58,912 bases of DNA from Catajapyx aquilonaris (Eukaryota). The stretch lies in contig KZ538611.1 in assembly GCA_000934665.2 (NCBI GenBank), forward strand, positions 1-58,912, in the 5' to 3' direction. The translations under genes were made by a program, and so were the position numbers. Positions 20,110 to 33,840 of the stretch are shown here, one piece after another; positions within the stretch are counted from its first letter, which is position 1, and every line of letters begins with the position of its first letter. The notes under the pieces are model-generated. The model was not told the origin of the DNA and ran no database searches. It saw only the letters and a program-made list of their open reading frames with translations.

Positions 20110-21487
20110 GCTAGTGCTAAAACCTGGAAGACAGTGTTTGTGTCTCACCAAAAACTATATTTATGAGTACTTGCCCAAGTAATAATTTAATACTGAACTA
20201 GTTGTAGAATTAAATATTGCTGGCCCGTTTTGACAAGGTGCATTCAGATGTAATGGTTTCCTAGTCTTATGCACTGTGGCGTCTGGAACAAAAACATTTT
20301 GATACTAATATATTAGTTTGGCTGACACTTTATCCCTGATAAGAAAGTTAAGCCAAAGCCTAGGGAGAAGAAGCCTTTGGGACGGCCCCCTTTTCTGTGC
20401 AGTAATGAGTTATGTAGGATATGTCCCAAAAAAATTCGACAAACGTATCCTCGAGCTGCACACCCATCAGCACTCTAGAAAAATGAAAGACGCGGAAAAA
20501 TTCTTTCACCTTGTTAGAATGCTGATGTTTGTATAGCGACCAGACAGGTTTTGTTCTGAAGCTTTTTGACATATCATACATCAGAACTGTGAACAGTTGT
20601 GTCAAAAGGAGGAAGAAGGTTCAGACAATCTTCACATCCCAAAATATTCTTATTCTAATTAATAAAGTTGTTTTTAAAGCTTTCACTTTGTATAAACCAA
20701 TAACTATGAGGGTGGGTGACTATGCCACAGTTTTACGGATCAAAATTCTTAACAAAGAAGTAATAGACTTATACAATATTTGAATGCATTTTGTACAGTG
20801 GGCATTTACACTCTTGCTTGCATTTCACTATTGCGCAAGAGGGTAGATTATTTTGAGTGTTCCATCACATATTTGAAAAGTAACATTTGGATTAGTAAGT
20901 GTTATACACTGCTTTTATTGTTGTTATACCAGTAGGTAGTCTAGAATAATTTGTCATGTTAAATGAAAGATAATGACATACCTGCCTTTTTATGCCTCAG
21001 AGTTGCAAAATCATAAAGTAAATCTTTAATTATTTGTGACTTCATTCAATATTTTCAGCAATGGAAGTGCATAGCCATGATGTATTAGTGGAGTGTGGCA
21101 GGTTCTTGAAACAATTATTGTTGTGTGCTTTTTTTTAAGGAAGAGACTGAAGATAATAAATCCACTAATGGGACAATCTATATTGTTACAGTATTTTTTT
21201 GGGATGTTTGTTTTGCATTTCAGCCATCGTGTTATAAGGTCTGACAGTGGAGATTCCCTAAAGTTGACTTAGGAGGAACGTAAGAGTGAGAAGAATCTAC
21301 TGGATATTTTTAAAATGCAATCTACTGGGACTAGCATCCAGTCAAAAAGTGACAGACAAATCAGTATGACAAAACTTTTAGCACTGATTTCCCATCCATT
21401 TGTCTATCTTCCTCGATGAAGCCTCAAGTAGCCTACTGGTTAGGGGCGATGAAGCATTTTTAGTCTCAAAAATGTAAGGACTGCTTA

Positions 21488-21613
21488 GGGCCGGTTTCAC
21501 CGAGCTTGGTATATGATAAAACCAGGTTTCTTTAGGAAAATCCATACAAATAGATAGGGATTTTGAGAAAGAACCCTGGTTTTATCATATACTGAGGTCG
21601 GTGAAACCGGCCC
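21488..21613. mobile_element. PIF/Harbinger-type palindromic MITE, copy 2
   Basis: TTA-GGGCCGGTTTCAC...GTGAAACCGGCCC-TTA; homologous to 7936-8062. Confidence 0.88.
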
Positions 21614-22504
21614 TTAGCCGTATTTTTCTAAAAAAATAAGTTCTCTCGAAAATCAACACTGTCATAAGTATGACTGCAGTTCTTGTACGCGCATTACTCA
21701 AAGTGTCGAGCAGTTCAAACGGTCCACCACTGAACATGACATAGACAACATAAGCAACTGCGTAAACGTAATAAATGAAGCACGGGGTCTCTGGAGTCAC
21801 GATAATCTAAATTTTTCGCTATTATGTTCTCAGAATGGCCGACAAGCCTTCGGATCTGTTGCTGGCAAATCATTTTTTTATAACCCTTAAAAAGAACTGT
21901 GCCAAGGTAACCACTTAAAAATAAGTAGTTTATAGTGAAAATATTGCTAACAAGTTATGGCATGTTAATTGGAACATCCTGTATACCCAGTCGGCTCTCG
22001 AGGTTCTCTTGCTCTTGTCTCCCCACATGAAAGTGCTGCAGGGAGATCATATTTATACATTATCTGAAGTCCTTTCAACGGTACACATTAGACATTACAT
22101 TGCGTACTATACACCAAATATTAAGGAAAGGCGACTGCTGAGGCATTTCTCGGAGAAATTCGCCCATACCGAGAGCCATTAGCTCTTGCCCATACTGATG
22201 TGTGTTCAGTTCTGAAACATGCGGTATGAACACTCTACAGTAGATAACTTCCATCATGAGGCTCTAGACTCATTCTTAATATGTGAAGGTATCTGGTATC
22301 TAGATATTTCTAGAATATCTTTTCCAACACTGTTTATTACACATTTATGAACAAAAAATCCGTACTGATATAAAACAATTTGGATGTAAGATTACAGGAT
22401 GAGGGCGTGACTAGAAGGATGACTGCAACTGAAAAACAATGAGTCAGAGAAGATCTCAAGTTTGAGAGGTATTGGAAGGAGGTGAAAAAGAGCGCGTTAA
22501 AAAT

Positions 22505-25500
22505 TTATTTGGGATAATACATATCCCAATGATGAGAATGCACGTGCACTGGCCCAGCTAGCAAAAGCAAGCAGGCGAGTAGCAGTAAGGCGACACAGAG
22601 AGCCAACTGCAAATTTATTCTGGCGTCTTCGTGTCGAAGGCTCAGCATGACCTCGTGACCCACTCGGCTACTTAGACGAACTCCACCACGGACACACGCC
22701 AAACCCAAACGTGCACTCAGGTCTACTATGCTCTCTTCTTCACCTTCTTCCAATACTCTCCTTATTCTCCACTCGGAAACTGCGTGTGGCTGTGCCAGGT
22801 CATCGACAGCACTCCGTAGGCTGGTGGTAGTGGCAGTAGTGATGGTAATAGGAGTAGGTGGTGGGGTCGTTATTGCTGGTATTTGCCGGGCCGGTATCTG
22901 AGGCTGCTGTATGACTGCTTCCACCCTGGGTTGCACAACAGTAGGTGGTGTGATTTGTATTGATGGAGTGTCTACTGAGGAAACTACTAGATCTTCTATT
23001 TCTTCGTGCCTTGGGTCCACATTTCGGTCAGAAGAGTCATGCAAAAATTCTTCTTCTCCCTCTTCGCCTCCTTTTTCTGTGCTTATCTCCTCTGTTACTT
23101 CCCTATCTGCTTCCAATGACTCCGATGAAGGTGACGCTTCGACATCTGGAGACTCAATCTGAATAAGTGGTTCCTCTTGAGGAGGCTGTTCTGATAGATG
23201 ACTGTCAGACATCGTGTCCGCCTGCAAGATTTTTGAAAAGAGCGGAATATTTTCATTGCTCGTCTTGTATAATCTAAAGAAAATATCGCAACAGGTACAC
23301 GCTAACAACACAAAATTCTGGGCTAACTATGTTCCAAGTTTTAAGGGTCAAATTACATCATCATTGTTATCGATTGTTATTATTACTATATACAATGGTA
23401 ACAAAGGTGAATGGAAATATAAAGTCATGTTTGTCACGTACCTGTACAGTTTTTCGAGCCACTGGTACTTGTGAAGGTGTTTCACGTTGAACTTGTTGTG
23501 CTCTCCATGTGTCCTCTGCCAAACTGCGCATTTGTGAAAGTATCTGTACGAGAGCTTGCATCTGCGAGGCTAACTGTGTCTGAGACTGTAGAAGGGCACC
23601 GGCAGCTTCTTCTTGCAGTTTCTGCAACTCGGGGCTCACTTCCAATGTGATGGAAGGAGGAGGGGATTGGACAATAGGGACCGGAGGTGGAGTTACAGGA
23701 CGCGGATGAGCAGATGTCGAAGGGTACTCCACTTCCTCTAGGCGAGCCTGCACCACTTGCATCCTGTCTGCCGAAAGCATTCCAGCACCAATGGTAGTAG
23801 TGGTCAGATTTCCCGTTTCTGCAGTAACTTCGGAAACATGTAACGTAACACCCTCCACCTCTGAAACAATCAATCGGTCCGCACGCAACTCGCCTACACT
23901 AAGACTGTCCACTTCCAGTTGGTTCAGGTGTGTACCCATGACTGCTACAGTACTATCCCTCAATGTAGTTTGACCATGGGAAATAGATGTTGGCAAAGAC
24001 ACTACACCTGTAGAAGTAGTAACAGTAGGTGCCACAGGTGCCATGGGATCCAACGAGCGCAATGACCATTCTTCGTCTTCGTCTAAAAGCACCTCCTCTT
24101 CTGGAAGCGGATCGGTTTGAGTAGCAATGGACACTTCTTCCGTGACAATAGTTGGACCAACGAAATCCTCATCTTTCTTTGTTGCCTTTTCTTCCTTCTC
24201 ATCTTCCCACTTTTCCAGCCATTCTTGCTTCTCTGGTCCCTGCTCTGAATAACGACGTGGAGGTGGCCGTGGTGCCTCTTCTTCCATTATTCCTTCTTCT
24301 CCTGCTTCTTCTGCTGGCAATGCAGAGAGTACTTCCTCTTTCACAGATGAATGGCGTCTCGGGGGCGGGGCGGGTGGCAGTTCCTCCTCCTGCTCTTCAG
24401 GTGATATTTCTACTTGACCAGCCTCCAGCCGAATTTCTTCTTCTTCTTGCCTCCATTTCTCCTCTTCTTCTTGCCTCCATTTCTCTTCTTCTTCTTGTCT
24501 CCATTTCTCTTCTTCTTCTTGCCTCCATTTCTCTTCTTCTTCTTCCTGCCTCCATTTCTCTTCTTCTCTTGCCAGCGCCTCCTCATCTCCCTCCAAAGCT
24601 TCTTCATCACCTGCAGTTCTCGGTGGTAGTGGCGCGAACAGTCCCGTCGGTTGCACTGCTTCCCTTCTGATCATCACCTCTTCTTCTATTTCCACTTCCT
24701 GTCTCGCTATTTCTTCTTCTAATACAACTCTTTCCTCCTCTTCCTCCACTTCCAACTTTGGTTGCTCAATTTCTTCTTCCCTTTCCTCTTCCTGGAACTC
24801 CTCCTGCACTCTCCAAGGCGACTTATTTCTCCTCTCAGGTCTGGGTGGTGGCGGAAGGGGCCTCCCACGCATGGGACTGTGAACATCCATCCTTACTGCG
24901 GCTGCCTCTTCTGCGGCCTCCAGTTCTTCCAAAGCTTGAATGACATCTGGTTGTGGAGAATCCGAGGGAGGTGGTGGAGGTGGAGGAGGCGATCTTCTAG
25001 GCAGGCTACCTCTTCTGCCCCTTCGCCTTTTTGGCCTGGAAGGTCTTAGGGTGGAGTACGTGCGAGTGGGACGTGACGGTGGAGTTATTCGATATGTCCT
25101 TGGCATGCGAGGTGGCATAGTGAAGAAGTAAGCTTGGTTTGGTGCATGAGGAGCGGGTGGTGTGGAGCGAGCCAGTATTCGTTCTTCATCAACTTCCACC
25201 TCTTCTTTTCTTATTGTGGCGTATCCTTCGTCATCCTCCACTAATGTACCCAATGCTTTTTGGGTTGCAATTTCTTTTCTTCTCCTACGTGGTGTTTTTA
25301 CAGGAGCATCATCTAGTGGAACATCTTCCATTGGAGTTTCTTCTGATGAAGAAGCCACTGGCTGCTGCTGCTGCTGCATCTGATCTTCTTGTTCCAAGTA
25401 ACGAAGGTCATGGGAAAGAGCAAATCTGGTCAGGACGTGTTGTCCCACGTCATCATCTCTATCTGATATTACTTGATTCTCGACATCTTGTAGCCAAGAC

Positions 25501-28500
25501 TCCTCTTGTTCGGCTCTCTTTTCTGCAGCTCTTTCAGCTTCTCTTTCTGCAGCTGCCTGCTCTTCTATTTCACGTTGTATCTCTGCCCTGAGAAGCTCAT
25601 CTACCATGGCCCTAAGTTGTGCTTTTTCGTCGTCTCTCTCCATGCCTTCTAGCTCGTCGTCTTCTTCTTCTTCTTCAGGCTCTAAGCTTTTTTTCCGTCT
25701 CTGTGGCAGTGCTGGCCATGTACCGGTGTTTACTTCATCTAGTTCTTCTTTTCCTACTCTTCTCTGTTTCTTAGTTCGTTTTGGTGGCAAAGGCCAGGTG
25801 CCCATTTGAGGAGTACCATCTTCTTTATCACCATCTTCACCGTCTTGAGACCGTTGTTGAGTAGCTGCCACCAACATCACCATCGGCACTTTGGGTCTTC
25901 CATGCCCTCGAGTTGGTCTCTTGGGAGGGTAAGTTGCGAAGGTCGTCGGAGATGGTCCTCCTCCAGGAGGGCTTCTTCTCAGCTGCTTCTTCTGCCGCCT
26001 CTTGTAACGGCTAGGAGCCAGTGGAGGAGGAGAAGTACCACTTCCTCCTCCTAAGGCCTCCAGGGGATTGTCTGCCACTGCCCTCATGTAGGCTTCCCTC
26101 AGTTCCTTCTGTAGTTCCAACTCCAACTAATAATGAAGAAAGAATTAATCAGACACACGTCAAACTATCTCTCCATGAAAATTATAGCATTCCAAAAGGA
26201 ATATTACGTATTCCTCAGGGTGCATGAAATGAAAACGGGCCAGTCAACCGTACACGGACATTGTTGTGAATAAATCCAGAAAAAACATGAGAAAAATCTG
26301 GACAAGTCTTAGCTACTCATCGACAAAATTGAGTTAATATCAGGAATATTGCAGCCCCAATATAGACCTATTAATTAAATAGTGCACACCCACCCGCCTA
26401 TTTTGCGCCCAACTGACATATAAGGTCCAGTGACAGCGAGGACAAGGATACGGTGTAAAGTGTGGCGGTACTGGCGGTGAATGAAAACAAGAAAACGACT
26501 TGGGCTGTACGGTTTACTCAGGGGTACTTTCTGAAAACATTGAGACGCATACTTGGTACAAATAGAGACCTCTTGGGTGAGTCGAATTATGTTTTTAAAG
26601 TACCCTTTGATTGGCACCCCGTTTGCAGATAATCCACTCTTCCTAAAGAAAGGATTTTTAGCTATAGTTAAAAATCCTTTCCATATTAACTTTCATATGC
26701 GAATGATTGTATACAATCATTGCATATGAAGGTTAATCTGGAAAAATTTTATTCTTATTGTGAAAATAGAAAAACCCATTCCCCCTGTCTTCTTGTAATA
26801 CTGGTATTATACCTGGCTCGGAAATGATTTACGCTCTTTCTTTTTCCCGCTGAATAAGTGGTCCTAGAAGTTCCATTATTCACCACTAGATGGAACGAGT
26901 CTTCCTGAGGGCGCCAGAGAAAATTTGACCCCATTCGTGTCAGTTGCCTCGTCGCAGTGCCCACCGAAAGTAGTGCCCGTAGCTCTCGTCATGGACAACG
27001 TTGCAGGAGACTACCACGGGCAGAGGTGGACCACATGGTTTTTGAGGACGGAAGGAGTGGCAGCGACAGATATTCACAGGCGTTTAGCGAGCGTGTGTGG
27101 TGAGCTGGCCCCCTGTCGCAAGACAGTATTCAACTGGGAGCTGCTTTTAAGGAAGGGCATGCCAGCATCACTAAGGGCGTGAGTACAGGCAGACCCTGTA
27201 CTGCTCGGACGCCGGCTAAGGTGAAGAGGATCAACGACCTCATCATGCAAGACAGACGTGTGACTTTTCGTGAACTTGAAAGAGTCACTGGCCTCTCTCA
27301 GGACACACTACCCACTACCCAGTTGAATACTGTCTTGCGACAGGGGGCCAGCTCACCACACACGCTCGCTAAACGCCTGTGAATATCTGTCGCTGCCACT
27401 CCTTCCGTACACAAAAACCATGTGGTCCACCTCTGCCCGTGGTAGTCTCCTGCAACGTTGTCCATGACGAGAGCTACGGGCACTACTTTCGGTGGGCACT
27501 GCGACGAGGCAACTGACACGAATGGGGTCAAATTTTCTCTGTCGCCCTCAGGAAGACTCGTTCCATCTAGTGGTGAATAATGGAACTTCTAGGACCACTT
27601 CTTCAGCGGGAAAAAGAAAGAGTGTAAATCATTTCCGAGCCAGGTATGTTCATTCAGCTTCAACAACACATTTCATAATAATCATCTCATTTTTAATAAA
27701 ACTGGTGATCATAATATTGGTTGTGTCTTGTTTAGAATATGAGTTTAGAATTGTGCTAACTGCGGCAGAGTTCATTATGAGAAAAATGCTCCGTTTCAAT
27801 CCCTTTATCCTATTTTTGGGCTGAAACTTTCCTACCGTCTGATTCCAGTTCATCCTTTTAAAACTGTACCTGAGGATTGTCAACCTCCTGGCTAATTCCC
27901 TTGGCTCTGAGGAAGAACTCATCAGAGTCTATTTCTTCCAGAACTCCAGGACCAGGAATCCTTTCCTCTCCGTACTCGTCGGCCATGTCTCCCCTTAACG
28001 CGGCCTCTTCATCTTCCTCGTCCTCCGGGGCTGTTTCCCCTGGGGGTGACAAAGGAAAATAAGCATTGAGATAAAAGAAATTATTTTCTAAGCGATTAAC
28101 CCTTTCATTCCTGAATTTTTTGGGCCGTTTCTTCTCTTTTTGAAAAAAATTTGTAGTAAGAGTGATATAATGAAAAACAATATTCATAAATATTTATCAT
28201 TTTTACTCGTGGTGGTCCTTTGGAATGTAAAAATGCCGAAAACATTCCCCTACTGGGTGTTCCAGAAATTTTTTTTAAATGCAATTAACTTTAAATGCAA
28301 TTAAATTAATTTAAAATTTTAAAATCACTATAAAATTGTTACGATGGTTGCAAAATAATACTAAAACACTGCACTATGAGAAATTCCTAAGAGTCCAGAC
28401 TTATGGGACACCCTGTAATTACGCGGCCGGGTGGGGGGTTGTTTACCTTTCAAGGGCGCGAGCAAAATATAACAATCCGACTTTGTGGGTGCTGAGTCAC

Positions 28501-31500
28501 CATCCACTAGATGGCACAAGAAGTTTGACCCACAAAGTTTGCCTTCTGCATGCGAACGCTTTGCCGCCAGATTAATTGTTGCCATATGGCTACAGTGGGA
28601 ATGAAAGGGTTAATGTGTAAATGCACTTTGAGCCATAAAAAATAGTCAAATGGGCCTCATTTCACATTTGACTAGTCATATCACAAATTGTCAAGAGGTA
28701 TTCAATACACAGCAGTGCAAAAGTAGTGTAGATATGGAAGAATGCCAATATCTACCCCTATGATCCATCCCCATATCCGAAGACATTTCGTCTGCAAAGA
28801 GGAGTTCTTGGTCTCGATGCACCTGAAGAGTCCGTGGCTCCTGTTGCCGGGAAGAGCGCAGCATCTTCAAGCGCCTGGGTGGCAGAATGGGCTCACTTTC
28901 GGGCTCCGTCGTCTCCATATCCGCCCCTCCTGCTTGACCAAGGTACTCCTCATGAGGGTACATTTCCCCTCTCCTATCATCTTCCTCGTCCCCTGATCAC
29001 CAGTGAAAAGCATGTGGTGTATGTTACTTGCCAGCTAAATATCTCGTGCAGAATAATATGGGGTGCACATCAAAGGAACTAATTCAGAAACTCACTTCAG
29101 TACACAAACACCTACGTTCACGTTGGAAATGCTGAATAAGCTACTCGTACATGCATAAAACTTGGAATTAAATTACCGTTCGTGCTTATTGCCTATGTTA
29201 AGTCTTGCATTTTTCATAGCCAAATAAAAATTGAATCACTTTATTAAACCTTCCAAACCGGAAGATTATGACCTTGTGAAATAAATAACTCAGAAAAGCA
29301 CTTCTATAACTTAGGAAATGCATTTTTCTCTTAATATAATTAAGCATCTTCTATTGCCTTACACATCCAAATGGTAATGGGATTCTCAGGCAAAATTGCA
29401 GAAAGTATCGACCCTCCAGCAGCAACCTGCGTCAACAATATCAATGTCATTTTCTAATAACATGCTGCGAAAGAAAGTGCTGTAAACGATTGGAAGAAGT
29501 GACTCAAACCCTTCTGTCTCTGCTGGGATTCGAACCCAGGTCCACACCCACAAGGAGCATGTGTTCTGCCGCTAAACTACAGAGACTGTTGGGCAGTCAC
29601 TTTTGAACTAACGGTATTATGCTGCGATAGCTTTACTCGTAACTTATAGTAGCCTACTTTGAAAAGCATCTCAAATTCTCCCAGGGTATATGGCATCATA
29701 TTACTTAAGGGGACTTACAGCAACGGCAATATTTCATGGTATCATGTCTTAAGTTTTATAAACTCACAATTTTACATAATTTCGGAGTGGTTAGAAATTC
29801 GTAACAGAATAATTTCAGAAAATCATTCTAGACTTTTTCTCATCATCGAAAAATACTGGAAAAATAGCCTTACAGAACGGCTCTGTCCGTCCGTCCGTCC
29901 GTCTGTTGACAGGTATCAGGTACTCAACCGGAAAAGATAGCGACAAACGGTTTTCACATTCGGATTAAACGTGACCTAAATAAGTGTCATGGTGACCCAC
30001 TTCCGATTTTCCGAGTACACGTCTCTATCCCATCTATCCGAATAAGTCTACGGTACGGACTGGTTATCGTTGCATTTCGAAATAATTAGTTTCCGTGGAT
30101 TCCTGACCAAGTGTGTCGGGGTTTTACACAGGGTTTTACCTGGCGCTCTGGCACAGGGGCTGTGCAATTAATTCCTGACGTTGGACATGTTTGCTATGCG
30201 CGTCCTCGACCGCCACGAGAAAAAGTCTACTATAATCACACTCACGTGATTTGCCAATCTTTTTATAAGCTCATTTTTATACCCAATATGGCTTAAGGTT
30301 GTGGAAATTTGGTTTATAATCGTATTATTCGTTAAATGTTATTCATATATGGCTGTCAGAATGTTACAATGACTTAATATAAGTTAATAGTTTGTCAGTG
30401 ATCTCAATATCCGCCGGTATCCTCAAGACAGTATACTTTACAATAATATTGCCTCATTAATTAATTGAAATAAAATAATCCGCTGAAGGGTGACAGATTA
30501 TTTGAGAAACCACAGTTCACTGTGAAGCAGAACAGCCTACAATTAATTTCACTGCTGATGAATAACAAACCTTGTAACGGAGAAGGAGTGGTGTGCATAG
30601 CAAGGTGCTGCTTCATTGCATGGTCATCATCATCTGCAGGCCGATGCAATTTGAGGGATGACTTAGGCGAGGAAGTCACATATCCTTTGCGCTCAAACAT
30701 TTTCCGTGCAGAAGAGCGCAATGAAGAGGATCCGGACGAAGGCTGAGGCTGCTTATATGCTGACCTTTTACGCTTCTTTTTCAAGGTGGGCAAATTGAAG
30801 GATGGTAGGGTCCATCCGCCACCTTCTCCACCACCTCCTGGTGTCTTCTTCTTCTTTGCTTTTTCCTTGGTCCACGTGTCCAGCTTTGTTTTCAGCTTTC
30901 CTGCTTGATTCCTCGCCTGACTTCCCAGATGACGAAGGCAGTCTTGAGCAACTTGCATCTTCTTCCTGAAGTACCGCTCATTAGAAAACAGCAATAGGAC
31001 CTCGTTAACAGTAGCCCTCATCTTAGCTATAGTATCATGAATTTGTTTCAAAAGGGCCGAAGTCAAACTTAAGTCCCAGGGTCAAAGTGACCACCCTGTG
31101 TACTCAAAAGTGAAATAGTGTCCAGGACACACGGATGCTCTCCCCCATTCTCTTGGACCCTTAAAAAAGAATACTGAGCCTACCTGTTGGTAGGTGATCG
31201 CTGATAGGCACGCGGAGATTGGTCGCTTTCGGGTCGTTGCGATGTGGAAGGAGCATCATCATCCTCCGGCAGGTAGCACGATGGTGAGGATGGAGGTCGG
31301 GTAGTCTGACCCGGGTCCACATCGGCATCTAGAGCTCTTGTGGATGGTGCCGTTGACGTGTCACCTCCGGTAGCAGTGCCACCACCTTCATCCAGAATCA
31401 AAGGAGAAGCTGAGGATCCTTCGGCTCCCACTAAAAGGAATCTTTGTGGCAGGTGTTGCTGATTGAGCTCTAATCGTCGATGTATGGCGTCGGATGCGTC

Positions 31501-33771
31501 GCTTGTGTCCTCCACGTGAACCCACCCAGGAGATGTTGCTCCCTGAGGACATGAAATCATCTTGTTAATACATAAGTGCAAGCCCCTGCATATTTAGGCG
31601 AGATTAATGTGCTTCCGCCCTCGTCTATATTGGACTGTAGGTCAAGTATTGATGGGTATACTGACCTCTCCATCGTCTAATTCTGGAGATGCGTTGTGAT
31701 CCTGTGCCGCAGCCACTTCCGCGTCGACAGAATCTTCGAGTTCGGAGGTCGGGGCAGTGGTGGTGAGTGGTGGCGGCGATGGAGATGGGCCTAAGGAACT
31801 CACTGTCGTTGTCGGCGTGGGAGCCGTCCTCGAATCCGGTGGGATCACTGGCTCGTAGATATGCTCGCTGCATCTGTCAGTACATCATAGTATTAGGTTT
31901 ATTGTCGCAGAGACGTCAAGGTGGAAGTTGATGAAGTTGATGTGGCACTTACTATTATACTGTGCATTATGAAAGCAATTTTTGAATAACTCCAATTTAG
32001 GCTCTTCTACTATTCCAATAACTACAGAGTATATTTTGTCGCAATGTCGTTAACAATTCACACTATGATGAGTGCTTATTTGTATAGTAACTGTACCTGT
32101 TGTTTATATCGCCAGACCCCAAAAAATCACCTTAAACTGGTAAGTTGCATTATATTGATATTCAGCTCAGGAAAAATAGGGCATGAGTACACCAAGGTGG
32201 TATTTTTTCAGCATTCCATTACAACATCAGCTTCGTATAGAGCTGTAGGGTTGCACAGTGTTCATGGCCCAATTTAAAGGCACTTTCCCAACACACACGC
32301 CGCCTATGAGTCAGGTGCCACATTTAGGATGTCATGACCGAAATTTCCCTGCTCTTTCACGAAAATGTTCGTGTAACAAACTGCAAATTCATATTGGAAT
32401 AGGAACTTTTGCATGCTCCACCATTTGTATCAAAATAACTTGCCACCTTAATAGGTTATCTGCCTCCCCCCCCCCTCCCCCCCACATGCAATATGACTCT
32501 CCATTTCAAAGCATTATCCACATCGCTCTCATTGCTGCCAACTGTCAGCACAGTATAATATCAAAATAATATGTGGTTTTAAATATATGCTTCAAGAAAC
32601 AACTGACATGACAGCACTTTAGTACTTCAATTGCATTCGCTGATTATTTTACTGAGTAGAACATAGTCACCGAGCTTTATTTTTGCAAATTTGTAAATTA
32701 CTTTAACGCCTTTACAAAGCATGCAGAGAAAGCGGACAATAAATTAGTCTGATACAAGTAATTTAAGGTGCCAATATTGTCGTTATGGCCGATTTCCTGC
32801 ACTGAGCAGCATATTTTATAGTGCAAAGTTATTGGAAAAGTTTCCATAACTTAAAAAATTATGAAATGGACATAAATCAATTCACGTGCCTGTAAACAGC
32901 CTGTGAAAAATTCTAACTACTTTGTAATAGTGAGTTTGAAATAACCGTAGAGTGTCAATACCTTTACCACCGCACAAAATTATTTGAAATTAACAAGCTA
33001 AAGAATAAATCAAGCAATCAGAAATATGGTACCGCGACTCTTACGTACAATGCGTACAATGGTACACATATAGTCAACGAATATGAGTCAAGCAAAATAT
33101 TCTTACCGCCTATTTTGTTGCAACCCTGTGTCGGAAGCCATGCTGGAAGTTGGTGACTTTGGAGGACACTAATGATCAGTAGGCTCCCCGGATTTTCCAA
33201 GCTACGACCGAGCCAACCTCTCCAACAGCCTGCTAGCTCCAGTTCAAATTTACGCTCCACACCCTCGCGCCTATTCTTAGCCTCTAGCCGTGCCTCTAGC
33301 TTTCGTTTTTCCGCCCATTACTTTTTTTTCCCCTGCTTGTGTTTCTTTTTGAATTGCTGGTGTTGGCCCGGGCGCCTCAGCAAAGAGCAGCAGCCGCCCG
33401 TCAATTGCACCCGGAAGACGACACTATAGGCATGCGCAAGGGAAGTGACCTTCCAAGCTAAAAATTCCATTTTAGGCCCATGCATTCCGAATCCAAGCCA
33501 AAGTTAATGTCCTTTGTGATTGCAACTTGGCTCATGCACACCGACGTTCAGGAGAAGCGGCAATGGCCTGCTCTTTTTACGGATCCTTCCTCAAGCTGTG
33601 GTCTGCACTGCAAGTCATTCATGGACACAAATTGGGTGTTGATTGGTTGCCCGGTTTATAAATATTCGGGGTCAAACTGCACATGTTTGGATTTCACAGA
33701 TTGGCAAGCAGTGCATCAGTGTCCATTATTGTAACTGGCAGTGATGTGTGGGAGGGCATGGTTTTTTAAAT

Positions 33772-33840
<69 letters not shown>

